Source of the DNA: an uncultured cyanobacterium
GTDB taxonomy: Bacteria; Cyanobacteriota; Cyanobacteriia; CAKZMO01
Length of the DNA stretch: 64,000 bases
Reading direction: 5' to 3'
Assembly (NCBI GenBank): GCA_963719515.1
Contig: CAVRCJ010000013.1
Span: 160,001-224,000, forward strand
The position numbers were made by a program, and so were the translations under genes. Shown piece by piece: positions 1-9,585 of the stretch (position 1 is its first letter; each line of letters begins with the position of its first letter). A model generated the notes under the pieces. That model was not told where the DNA came from and ran no database searches. It saw only the letters and a program-made list of their open reading frames with translations.

Positions 1-663
1 TTGACGCAGCTTCGGGTTGACCGACACTCGCACTCCGGTATGGGATAGAAGATGATAGGTTACCGTTGGCAGCCCAATCAGCGTGCATTCTGGGTTAAGC
101 CGCAAGAAGAACTCAGAATGTACCCGAGAGCGAAAACTCTTGTCCCAGCCGCCGATCTTGAGTACGACTTCCCGCTCTATCACTAGGGTTTGCTTTGTGT
201 TGTAAGAGCGCCCCGGCTCCAGCGGTTCTAGAAAGAAGTGCCTCCCTTTGGAGCGCTGAGCTGGAGGAATGCGAGTGGTCAATGCAGCCCCATGCTGATC
301 GACTTTCTGAATACCAGAAATAACGCCAACGGGCGGCTCCACGGCCGCTGAATCTATGGCCGTCAGCGAAACCTTGACCATGTCGGGTAGAAGGCGATCA
401 TCGTCATCTAGATAGGTAATCCAGCGTCCGCGGGCGGATTGGGTACCAATGTTTCGTGCCCCAGCGCCGCCGACTCCCTCATCTAGGCGAATCACCCGCA
501 GCCTGGGATGGTCTGGTAGAGCGACAGGTTCATCAGACGCGTCATCCACCACCAGTACCTCTAGATTCTCATAGGTCTGATTCAAAGCGCTCTGCACCGC
601 TAACGCTACGAGCTGCGGTCGATTGTGGGTTGGAATAATAACGCTGACGTTGGGATGCGACAT
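1..663 (-). CDS. GT2 family glycosyltransferase (3' end runs off the window)
   Basis: Hand translation from ATG at 663: MSHPNVSVIIPTHNRPQLVALAVQSALNQTYENLEVLVVDDASDE, a typical GT2 N-terminus; later WITYLDDDD. Not in the ORF track because it is truncated. Confidence 0.85.
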   Translation of the reverse strand, partial: MSHPNVSVIIPTHNRPQLVALAVQSALNQTYENLEVLVVDDASDEPVALPDHPRLRVIRLDEGVGGAGARNIGTQSARGRWITYLDDDDRLLPDMVKVSLTAIDSAAVEPPVGVISGIQKVDQHGAALTTRIPPAQRSKGRHFFLEPLEPGRSYNTKQTLVIEREVVLKIGGWDKSFRSRVHSEFFLRLNPECTLIGLPTVTYHLLSHTGVRVSVNPKLRQ

Positions 664-693
664 AGTGATAGTTCACAAAGCTATAGGAGGCGA

Positions 694-2004
694 CTACTTG
701 ATAGGCAGTGGGTCAACTGCGGGCACGAGCGCCCAAGTTCGCGGCTGATAAAACTGGCACTTGTTGACTGCTTTCTGTGTGTTGACGGTAAATCGAAAGG
801 AGTCAACAACGTCAAAGGTGTAGACAGAGTCCTTTCTAATGCGGACTTGGGCGGTGTAAAGTCCGGGGCAAAGGCCCAGTTGGGGAAACCGAAGCTGAAT
901 TTCGGACATCCCAGGCGATAGCTGAAAGAAAGCCTCGTCGTTCTGGCCGCGTAGAGACAGCATATAGCCCGCGCTTTCGATGCTACCCACTTTCGAAATT
1001 CTGATGTCAAGGGCAATATCACTGTGGGTGCCGTGGGATTCGCAAGCCACGCAGAGACTCAAAGCTTCACCCGTCAGCACGGCTTGGGTGACCTGATTTT
1101 GGGCATCGCGGAAAAACAGCTCGCGAATATCTACACCGCTGCTCTCTTCTTTTAATTTAGCGGGCAGCACCATGTGATTTTCCGAGCGCTCGACGCTGCT
1201 CAAAAATAGGTCTTTCTCATAGCGGTCGACTACGGCGCTGACGGCGCCCTCGCTCACCATGGCCCCTTGCGCGAGATATATAGCCGTATCACAGACGTTC
1301 AGTATGGCTTGAGAGTTGTGGTTGACCAAAATAAAAGCAACGCCGCTCTGTTTAAGTTCGTAAAGGCGGCGATAGCACTTGGCTTTAAACCTCGCGTCCC
1401 CAACCGCGAGCACCTCATCAATGAGCAGAATATTGGGTTCGGTGTGAATGGCGCAGGCAAACCCCAAACGAGCTGACATACCGGAGCTGTAGGTTTGTAC
1501 CGGCGCGTCGATCGCCTCCTCGATTTCAGCAAAGTCAACCACATCTTGAAACCGCTGCTCAATCTGTTGAGTAGATAGGCCAAGAATGGACATGTTGGCG
1601 TAGATATTTTCTCGGCCTGTCAAAATTGGGTTAAAGCCTGCCCCTAGCGCAATTAAGGGGGCGATGCGGCCACGAATGCGAATCTGCCCGGTGTCTGGCT
1701 TAATCAAACCGCTGATGATGCGTAGTAGAGTGCTTTTACCCGCGCCGTTACCGCCCACTAGACCCAGCGCCTGGCCAGGATAGAGCTGAAAGTCAATGGC
1801 GCGCAGAGCCCAAAATTCCCTAGTCCGCAGCTGATGGCTCTGCCGCCGCCCAAAGGTCAAATCGGCGGCGATATCTTGAACCCCATAGAAGAGCGATCGC
1901 TTCAGGTCGCGACAGAACTTTTTTGAGACGCCCTCCACAGAAATCACAGGGGTTCGCTGCTTCAAGTCGACGGAATTCGACTGATGTTGACCGTTTAATA
2001 CCAT
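694..2004 (-). CDS. Polysaccharide ABC exporter ATP-binding subunit (Wzt-like) with C-terminal Wzt_C-type domain
   Basis: Walker A GGNGAGKST, signature YSSGMSARLGF, Walker B LLIDEVLAVGD; adjacent to the permease. Confidence 0.9.
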   Translation of the reverse strand: MVLNGQHQSNSVDLKQRTPVISVEGVSKKFCRDLKRSLFYGVQDIAADLTFGRRQSHQLRTREFWALRAIDFQLYPGQALGLVGGNGAGKSTLLRIISGLIKPDTGQIRIRGRIAPLIALGAGFNPILTGRENIYANMSILGLSTQQIEQRFQDVVDFAEIEEAIDAPVQTYSSGMSARLGFACAIHTEPNILLIDEVLAVGDARFKAKCYRRLYELKQSGVAFILVNHNSQAILNVCDTAIYLAQGAMVSEGAVSAVVDRYEKDLFLSSVERSENHMVLPAKLKEESSGVDIRELFFRDAQNQVTQAVLTGEALSLCVACESHGTHSDIALDIRISKVGSIESAGYMLSLRGQNDEAFFQLSPGMSEIQLRFPQLGLCPGLYTAQVRIRKDSVYTFDVVDSFRFTVNTQKAVNKCQFYQPRTWALVPAVDPLPIK

Positions 2005-2005
2005 C

Positions 2006-2884
2006 TCAAGAAGTCACTCGCTCGATTACATAAGGCATTGCGATCCGAAATCCAACCCACGTCAGCATTAGCCCTATCAGCGTCAAACCGCTGACGATCC
2101 AAAAGCCAACTGGGTTGGAAATTACCCCTGTCGTGGCCAATTCCCGCGTCGTGACCAGTAAGGGCGTCACCGGGTTCCAGGCGACCAACGCACCAAAGAG
2201 GCCTTCTTTTGGCAGCGGATAGATTACGGGCGTGAGAAAGAGCCAGAACCCCGTAGCCATATTCAAGCTTTTGGACACGTCCTGGTAGAGCACGCCGAGA
2301 GGAGCAAGAAATACGCCCACCAGTGTTCCTAACAAAACTAGGTGAATTAGGGCGACAGGCGCTAGTAGAATGCTCCAGCTAATCGGCACTCTAAAGTAGA
2401 GAAATAGGCCAACAATTAAAATCAGCTTAATACCGAAGTTAAACCCGACTTCGCCCAGTTTTGCGAGAATAATTGCTTCTCTAGGGAAATTAACCCGAGC
2501 CAGCATCGGTTTTGCCACTACAATTGCCTGCAGCGGTCCGGTGACCGCATCGACAAAGGTCTGCCACAGTGCTGTGCTGAACATGACGTAGGCTGGATAG
2601 GGAATGTCCGTTTCACCCACGGTGAATACGTTGGCGTCTTTGGCGAGCGTGAACCCTGCCGCCATCGCAATCGGCGGCACAAAGGCCCATATAATCCCCA
2701 GCAGCGCCTGACGATACTGAGCGCTAATGTCTCGGATCATCAGCCGCCAGGCGAGTTCGCGGGAGGCACACAGATCGTGCCACATCGTCCGCAGCAGGAA
2801 TCGGGGACGGTGAAGTAGACTGTCTGGGGTGTAAACGATTTCGGGCGGCATAGGGAAGGCGCTTATTGGGAGAGAACGGGTCAA
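2006..2884 (-). CDS. Polysaccharide ABC exporter permease (Wzm-like)
   Basis: RDISAQYRQALLGIIW motif, about 6 TM segments, LTPVIYP and NPVT motifs. Confidence 0.9.
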   Translation of the reverse strand: MTRSLPISAFPMPPEIVYTPDSLLHRPRFLLRTMWHDLCASRELAWRLMIRDISAQYRQALLGIIWAFVPPIAMAAGFTLAKDANVFTVGETDIPYPAYVMFSTALWQTFVDAVTGPLQAIVVAKPMLARVNFPREAIILAKLGEVGFNFGIKLILIVGLFLYFRVPISWSILLAPVALIHLVLLGTLVGVFLAPLGVLYQDVSKSLNMATGFWLFLTPVIYPLPKEGLFGALVAWNPVTPLLVTTRELATTGVISNPVGFWIVSGLTLIGLMLTWVGFRIAMPYVIERVTS

Positions 2885-2920
2885 TGCAGGGCGGTCAACA
2901 TAAGTGAGTGAGAACCGGGG

Positions 2921-3958
2921 TCAAGACCCCACCACGTTGCCTGAAGACTTGACGGGAGGCGGTGACGCGGCATCGTCTTGCTGCGCCCGATTGAAGGCGT
3001 GGCGGTGGGTGAGATAGCGGTTAATGCGGTGCTCAATTCCCATCATTAGCCGTTCGAGCTTGGGGCTATAGAGGCCAAAGGTCAGCCAATAGATAATAGG
3101 CGCAACGAAGGTCATTTTTCGGCGTCCCCCCAGCTTCTTATATTTCGTCTTGAAGTAGCCATCTTCAGATAGCTTCCACTTCTCTCTCAAGCGGGACAAG
3201 CTGTCTAAGGTCCAGGCGTTACTCCAGCGCAGCATATAGTAATGGACATCGGCTAGCTTTTGCGGTGGACCGGGGACGTAGGTGACCAATGAGTCTGGCT
3301 CGAAGTAGACTTTCTCCCCCGCTTCTCGCACCGTCATGCAGAAGTCTAGATGCTCTTTTGTATTCAGCATTGCCTCATCTAAAGGCCCGATAGTCTCAAA
3401 GACTGAGCGTCGCACCAGGACGCAGTGAAACTCGGCTAGCTCGGTGGGCGATCGCTCAAGCTTGACCCTGACATCGCCAATTCTTTTCCCCTGATGGTAC
3501 ATTTTTTCCCGCAGCCGCCTGCGCCCCGTCTGATCTACCCAGACGTGGGACTCTCCCCCAGCAAAGTGAATTTCCTGATGAATGGGTTCGTGCTGACACA
3601 TCAGCGGGCCGACAACGGCGGCGTCAGTTTCCTCAGCGCAGCCGACTAAGGCCGAAAGCCAGCCTGGAGACACCACAACATCGTTATCGAAGAAAACGAG
3701 ATACTTGGTATTGACGTGCTGTAGTCCCAGATTTCTTGCCTGATTGGGATAGAGGTAGTGGTCAGTTCTCAGAAGCTTGAACCCCCTCAGTCGGGACTGC
3801 TCATCTAGGTAAACCTTGAGGTCTTGAGGGGAGTTACCATCGACGTACACAAGCTCAAACGGCATCTGCGTATGCTCATACAAGCTCTCTAAAGAGGTTT
3901 TTGCGTAGCTAAATCGCTCGCGGGGAACGACAACGATAGTGACGGCTGGGCTGGTCAT
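2921..3958 (-). CDS. GT2 family glycosyltransferase
   Basis: VYVDGNS, ARNLGL, FFDND (DxD) motifs. Confidence 0.85.
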   Translation of the reverse strand: MTSPAVTIVVVPRERFSYAKTSLESLYEHTQMPFELVYVDGNSPQDLKVYLDEQSRLRGFKLLRTDHYLYPNQARNLGLQHVNTKYLVFFDNDVVVSPGWLSALVGCAEETDAAVVGPLMCQHEPIHQEIHFAGGESHVWVDQTGRRRLREKMYHQGKRIGDVRVKLERSPTELAEFHCVLVRRSVFETIGPLDEAMLNTKEHLDFCMTVREAGEKVYFEPDSLVTYVPGPPQKLADVHYYMLRWSNAWTLDSLSRLREKWKLSEDGYFKTKYKKLGGRRKMTFVAPIIYWLTFGLYSPKLERLMMGIEHRINRYLTHRHAFNRAQQDDAASPPPVKSSGNVVGS

Positions 3959-4002
3959 GGTTAACTCTCCTAATGCTGTAGAAGGACGGTATAATCGGCT
4001 GC

Positions 4003-5295
4003 TTAGCTTAAAGTGCTCAAATTTATCTCTCTGCGCGGCGCGTCTGAATTATCGCTATGGTCGTCTGTGGGAGACATTAACGCGGCGTAGCGCGAAACGA
4101 GCTTGTCGTTGAGGGCCTCTAAGTCAAAGTGCTGTTCCACAAAGGTGCGTCCGGCTTGCCCCATCTCGGCCCAAGTTTCGGGATTGTTGATCATATAGCC
4201 CAACTTTTTCGCAAGCGCCTCTGCGTCCCGCTCAGGCACTAGAAAGCCTGAAACCCTATCTTCTACTAGCTCTGGTATGCCGCCGTGATAGGTGCTAATA
4301 ACAGGTAAACCCATGGCCATGGCTTCTTTGAGGACGTTGACGGGGGCATCTTGATTGCCGTCCGAGGCGGTGACGCTAGGAGCAACGAAAAGGTGACAGC
4401 GGTCTAGAATATCGACGATCTCGGCTTCGTTTTTCCAGCCCAGAATGTGGATATAGTCCTCAGCACCGAGCTCTTCGATAAGCGCCTCAAATGACTGCCT
4501 CAGCGGGCCGTCACCGATGATGCAGTACTCCAAATTTGAACCAGAGTTTGCCTGCTGGGCGACGGCGCGAATGGCATATTCGATGCCTTTTTTCTCCACC
4601 AGTCGCCCCGTCGTCGCAATCCGTATGCGGTCGCCAGCAAGAAGATGGCGGGGACGAAATTTAAACTTGCCCACGTCCAGTCCTGAGAAATGGACCGATA
4701 TCTTGTCGGGATGCCACCCTAGCTTGATGACGCGCTGACGAAAAAAGTCGCAGTTGGCGAGGCAATAGTCTACGAACTCGAAAAGAAACCGATAGACCTT
4801 GTCCCCGCCCTGGTCGACATAGCAGCTAATGTCGTGGCCGCGAAACATCAATAATAGCTTCGGCTCTTCCAGCAGGCGTTTGAAGGCAAGTCCTCGATAG
4901 CCTTGGGTGCCAAACTGACAGTGAATGATGTCGTACTGGGGCTCATTCAGCAGTGAAATTGCCGTATAGAGGAGCCAAAGATTCAACGCCTGCCCCCCGT
5001 AAGCAAAGACGTTGAGCGATCGCCCAATCAGCCCTGGTGCTTTGTGGAAATGGCGAGCCGCCAATCCTATTCCCTTGAGAACGCGCCATAAATAGTTATT
5101 GGGTATCTCCTGGAGCTGAACCGTGCGCTCCCGCAGCCGATAGCGATTCACGTCCGGATGCACCGAAGACCAGTCTTCAACGCGGTCGGCGTAGATATCA
5201 ACCTCGTGGCCCCTATCTAAAAGGCCTGTCACTTGATTAAGGATGAACGTCTCTGACAGCCGGGGAAAATGTCCCACTATAAATGCAATTCTCAT
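4003..5295 (-). CDS. GT4 glycosyltransferase, WcaL-like
   Basis: FPRLSETFILNQ N-terminus, GRLVEKKG, EAMAMGLPVISTYHGGIPELV. Confidence 0.88.
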   Translation of the reverse strand: MRIAFIVGHFPRLSETFILNQVTGLLDRGHEVDIYADRVEDWSSVHPDVNRYRLRERTVQLQEIPNNYLWRVLKGIGLAARHFHKAPGLIGRSLNVFAYGGQALNLWLLYTAISLLNEPQYDIIHCQFGTQGYRGLAFKRLLEEPKLLLMFRGHDISCYVDQGGDKVYRFLFEFVDYCLANCDFFRQRVIKLGWHPDKISVHFSGLDVGKFKFRPRHLLAGDRIRIATTGRLVEKKGIEYAIRAVAQQANSGSNLEYCIIGDGPLRQSFEALIEELGAEDYIHILGWKNEAEIVDILDRCHLFVAPSVTASDGNQDAPVNVLKEAMAMGLPVISTYHGGIPELVEDRVSGFLVPERDAEALAKKLGYMINNPETWAEMGQAGRTFVEQHFDLEALNDKLVSRYAALMSPTDDHSDNSDAPRREINLSTLS

Positions 5296-5304
5296 AGCCT
5301 TTTC

Positions 5305-6222
5305 TCACACACGACTAGATACCCCGCCCAGCTTAAGCCGCAGCGTCTCCCAGGCGCTGACATAGCGCACCATTACCATGACCAGCGACACCTTTAGCTT
5401 TTGCCCAATTCCACTCAAATCGGCATTTGAGAAGGCGTTTAGGACGAAAAATACGGGCGGCACGAGGTGCTGTAGAAGGGTGCGCAGAAAAACGACTTGA
5501 CGCTCCCAGACTGACTGGGCCTGCTCAAGCTGAAGGTCGTAGGAGCCACCGGCTAACCGCTGCGTCCGGACGTAAAGCTCCTGGAGTGACGACCGTGCGG
5601 GATGCTCAACCCAGGCTGACGCGGCGTAGACCTGCGCGTATCCCTGAGCGTGGACTCGCCCTCCCCACTCCAGGTCTCCGTGAGACTTAAGCTGAGCGTT
5701 GAAGGACCCAACTTTTTCGATGACGTGGCGCCAGGTGAAGACGTTGGCCGTGGCCCCGCCGTGGAGCTGGTTTAAAAGACGCTCTTGGGGAAAGGCCGTC
5801 ATCCGATCGTATAGCTCCACCATAGTAGGCCGGTGGGGATTGGCAAACACAACTTCAATCTTGCCCACCACTTGGCCGCAGTTGGGAACCCGCATCAAAT
5901 GGTAGACTCCCTGAGGCAGCCAGTCGCGATCGGGAATGCAGTCCGCGTCCGTAAACGCAATCACCTCCCCTCGAGCTATTGAGAGTCCTTTATTGCGAGC
6001 CGCATAAGAGCCTGGGGTTGGCTCAGACGCAAATCTCGCATTTTCACTCTGCTCCATCACCGCTTTTACGGCCTCTGGCTTGTCTGAACCGTTATCCACC
6101 ACGATAATTTCGTAGTGCGATCGCTCGTAGTTCTGCTGCGTTAGGGCCGCCAAACACAGCGTAAGACGCTCTGCATCATTGAAGACGGGGATGATAACTG
6201 AGACGAAGGGACACTCTTGCAT
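5305..6222 (-). CDS. GT2 family glycosyltransferase
   Basis: VSVIIPVFN, VVDNGS, AFTDADC. Confidence 0.88.
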   Translation of the reverse strand: MQECPFVSVIIPVFNDAERLTLCLAALTQQNYERSHYEIIVVDNGSDKPEAVKAVMEQSENARFASEPTPGSYAARNKGLSIARGEVIAFTDADCIPDRDWLPQGVYHLMRVPNCGQVVGKIEVVFANPHRPTMVELYDRMTAFPQERLLNQLHGGATANVFTWRHVIEKVGSFNAQLKSHGDLEWGGRVHAQGYAQVYAASAWVEHPARSSLQELYVRTQRLAGGSYDLQLEQAQSVWERQVVFLRTLLQHLVPPVFFVLNAFSNADLSGIGQKLKVSLVMVMVRYVSAWETLRLKLGGVSSRV

Positions 6223-6249
6223 AGGGGTTTACCGATGTCGATAGCTCAG

Positions 6250-7746
6250 CTATGCCGGAGTTGAGACAGGCTCAGCTTCCGACGAGGACTGTTGCTTAGC
6301 CTTGGTCCACTCTTTGTTTGTGAAGTCCTCGTGATACGAGCGCTCGACGTTCACATTCCAGATGTCGTGCGCTTCACCCGCAATGTTTTTAGCGGCCAGC
6401 AGCGCCGTCAGCATGGAGTGATCCTGGTTATTGTAGCGGTGCATGCCGTTGCGACCCACCGTCTGCAGGTTCTCAAATCCTTTCATGTAGTCTTCTAAAA
6501 CCTGTAGATGCTGACGGTATTCCCCGTCGTAAACAGGGTAAGCCTTAAACTGGCGAATGACGCAGCCGTCTTCCACATCCCCTGGCTTGACTCCCAGATC
6601 TAGATCGATAATTTCCTGTGTCGCTAGCTCGATTAGCTTTTCATCCGCCATTTCCCAAATGTTATCGCCCTCACTGCAGAAGTACTCCATGCCCAGGCAG
6701 GTCTTACTGCTGTCGGGCACCATCTCTGGACTCCAATTCTTAAAGTTCTGAATGCGGCCCACCTTAAATTCAGGGCTGTGAATATAGAGCCAGTTGTCTG
6801 GAAACAGGTGCTCGCGGTCAACGATCAGCGACACAATCAGGAAGTCGCGGTACTTGAGACCGTGGGCCGCTTCAAGCACAGGGGCCGGTGGCGGTGGGTC
6901 AAGGCGGTGCATCAGCGCGGTAATCGGCATAGAATTGATGTAGTGATCGCCGGTAAGCTCAAAGGTTCTCTCTCCTTGCTTGGCCACAACTTTGGTGATG
7001 CGCATCCCTTCGCGTTCCACCTTTACCACCTCGGTATGCAGACGTACAGGTGAGCCGTCTTCTTCCAAAATTTCCTGACAGCGCTCCCACATCATCCCAG
7101 GACCGAGACGGGGATAATCAAACGTCTTGATTAGGCTCTTAGCGTCAGTACCGCCAAATAGGGCGTTGATTACCGCCTGCTTGAGAGACAGGTTTTTAAT
7201 GCGCTGGGCGGCCCAGTCGGCGCGGATCTGGCTGCAGGGGATGCCCCACACCTTCTCGGTGTATGTCTTAAAGAAAATGCGGTATAGCCGTCTGCCAAAG
7301 CAATCAACTACCCACTCTTCGAACGTTTCTGGCGCGGAGGTCAAGTTGAGGTACTTCTTTGTCTTTGCTTTCAGATAGCTCGCCAGAATCATAGCGCTTT
7401 GGAACGGACCTAGATTTTTTAGGGTCTTGAAAAGCGCTAGGGGGTAGTCATAAAACTTGCCGTCGTAGTAAATGCGGGACATGCGCGGAGTTTGGATGAA
7501 GTCGTCTTCAAGAATTTCTTTCCATACGGCCTGCACTTCTCCCACCTTGGTGAAAAACCGGTGGCCACCGATGTCGAAGCGGTAGTCTTTGTAGGTCTCA
7601 GTGCGAGAAATACCCCCAACCTTATCGGACTTTTCTATGACGATGCACTTAATATCGTGCTTCATCAGTTCATATCCCGAAGTCAGTCCGGCCGGACCGC
7701 CGCCGATAATCACTACGGGATGTGTGCTCATGTCTACTCTGCTCAT
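6250..7746 (-). CDS. FAD-dependent oxidoreductase, UDP-galactopyranose mutase/HemY-like
   Basis: GGGPAGL dinucleotide fold, FDIGGHRFFTK, AYPVY, GRNGMHRYNNQDHSM; lies in a glycan cluster. True start may be 7731 (MSTHPV). Confidence 0.8.
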   Translation of the reverse strand: MSRVDMSTHPVVIIGGGPAGLTSGYELMKHDIKCIVIEKSDKVGGISRTETYKDYRFDIGGHRFFTKVGEVQAVWKEILEDDFIQTPRMSRIYYDGKFYDYPLALFKTLKNLGPFQSAMILASYLKAKTKKYLNLTSAPETFEEWVVDCFGRRLYRIFFKTYTEKVWGIPCSQIRADWAAQRIKNLSLKQAVINALFGGTDAKSLIKTFDYPRLGPGMMWERCQEILEEDGSPVRLHTEVVKVEREGMRITKVVAKQGERTFELTGDHYINSMPITALMHRLDPPPPAPVLEAAHGLKYRDFLIVSLIVDREHLFPDNWLYIHSPEFKVGRIQNFKNWSPEMVPDSSKTCLGMEYFCSEGDNIWEMADEKLIELATQEIIDLDLGVKPGDVEDGCVIRQFKAYPVYDGEYRQHLQVLEDYMKGFENLQTVGRNGMHRYNNQDHSMLTALLAAKNIAGEAHDIWNVNVERSYHEDFTNKEWTKAKQQSSSEAEPVSTPA

Positions 7747-7788
7747 TAATCTGCCTGATTTTTCCTATTGCTTCGACTGTTCAAATGA

Positions 7789-8814
7789 TCAAACTTTGCT
7801 TCCAGCGGGGAGCGGCATGCAGCTCAAGTAATGCTTCACCGTGACGTAGGCAAAAGCTCCCCCGCCGTAAAGAAAATAGAGCCAGTGCCACGGGATGACG
7901 CGCAGAGCGAACAAAGCTCCCCGCTTTTGGTAAAAGAATTGATAGACGTTAGCGTTGATGACTAAGAGCGCGATCGCCATCCCCAATGCTGGCCACAGCA
8001 ACCACCCGAGCACCAAACTTCCAATCAGGCTACCCGCGAGCGCAAAAGCTAACGCAACGCTGGCTCGATTGGCATAGCTGAGGTTAAGGTCGGCGTCCAA
8101 GCGCTGCTCTTTGAGCAGTAGCTCACTCCAGGGTAGCGCCCGGTAAAAGATTTCCGCCCGCAGTAGCGATGCCGTCTCCCACCGCTTAAGATGCTTGACC
8201 TGGATATCCTTATAGAGCCGAATCGGGTATCCCGCTCCCTGCAGACGGTAGCCTAGCTCAATGTCTTCAATGCAGGGCTTGCGGTATGCTTCGTCGAAGC
8301 CACCCACAGCCCAAAAGGCCGATCGCCGCACCGCGCCGCAGGCTCCCCAAAACGTGGAGGCCTCTTCTGAAGATATCTGGTGGGTGTAGTGATGAAACAA
8401 GTTCTTGTACTGCGACAGAAAGTTGTCTGCACCCGGTGCATCGTCGTAGGAGCCGATGAGAGCCCCTAGCTCTGGCTGCTGGAAAGCCTGCTCCACTTTA
8501 CCGATGGTGTCCGGGTGCAGAGTGACATCGGCGTCGACAAAAAAGATTACGTCGCCGACAGCAGCTTTGGCCCCTACGTTTCTGGCACGGGCCGGACCTC
8601 CTGAACTTGGGAGCCGCAGCACCTTTGCCCCAAAGTCCTGGGCAACTTTCCACGAGCCGTCGGTATCACCGTCTGACACTACAATGACTTCGTCAGCAGG
8701 GCGATCGCTTCGCTTTAGGCTGTCTAGGCATTGCTTAAAGCTTTCGCCACCGTTGTAAACCGGAATGACGATTGAAACACTAACAGAGGACATGATTCTG
8801 CACTCCAATTTCAT
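7789..8814 (-). CDS. GT2 glycosyltransferase with C-terminal TM helices
   Basis: VSIVIPVYN, FFVDADV, EDIELGYRL, hydrophobic C-terminus; probable start 8793 (MSSVSV). Confidence 0.85.
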   Translation of the reverse strand: MKLECRIMSSVSVSIVIPVYNGGESFKQCLDSLKRSDRPADEVIVVSDGDTDGSWKVAQDFGAKVLRLPSSGGPARARNVGAKAAVGDVIFFVDADVTLHPDTIGKVEQAFQQPELGALIGSYDDAPGADNFLSQYKNLFHHYTHQISSEEASTFWGACGAVRRSAFWAVGGFDEAYRKPCIEDIELGYRLQGAGYPIRLYKDIQVKHLKRWETASLLRAEIFYRALPWSELLLKEQRLDADLNLSYANRASVALAFALAGSLIGSLVLGWLLWPALGMAIALLVINANVYQFFYQKRGALFALRVIPWHWLYFLYGGGAFAYVTVKHYLSCMPLPAGSKV

Positions 8815-9585
8815 CTGTATTCACTGAATTCACTGAGTGAAGCACTCGATGCTGTCGCACCATCCACAAAACCTGCAGCAATTGTTCTGAATTTAGAATT
8901 GTGAATAACCTATAGAAAAGCAATAACCCTGCTGTGCAAATGGGCTACGTCATTAGAAATCCCAAAACGCGTGGACCATAACGGCACAAGCCATAAATCG
9001 AGAAACTTGGTTCTCTCAAAAGCTTTTCTAAAGCGACGATTGCATTCTTCAGCTTAGAGCGGCGATCGTGCTAATGCTGTCTGTGACAATTACCATAAGA
9101 GGACAATCTGTAGCGTATCGCAATGCTGCGTATGGCATCTTCACATAAAATTTATCGGCTCCTGAGCGGCACAATAATTGAATGAAGCAGTTAGCGCGTC
9201 AAACAACTGGCTTAGGAAATCGCGATAAGTGATACTAGGAAAAGGCTTTAGGCCATGGGCTTCACAGACGAACATTTTATCTCCTAAAAGCAAGATTTGT
9301 TCGCCCTATTGTATAGATGTCATGCTTGCGGTTGGGGTACGAGCAATCGCTCTTAGCTCCGTCTACATTACCTTTCCATAGTGGAGTCTTGACGATCTAA
9401 ACTCATGAGATGTTCCCGGAAGCAAAGTCTGCCTATATTTCAACTGTCGTGGAGCACTGCCTTTTTCCGAAGTGTCTTGCCCGCTCAGAAATGCTGCCGC
9501 AACGACTGGCCTGTTGACGGCTTTATAAACCTCATGGTCTCCTTTATTTGGTTCTATAGAGGCCTGAACTTCGCATTTATATTCT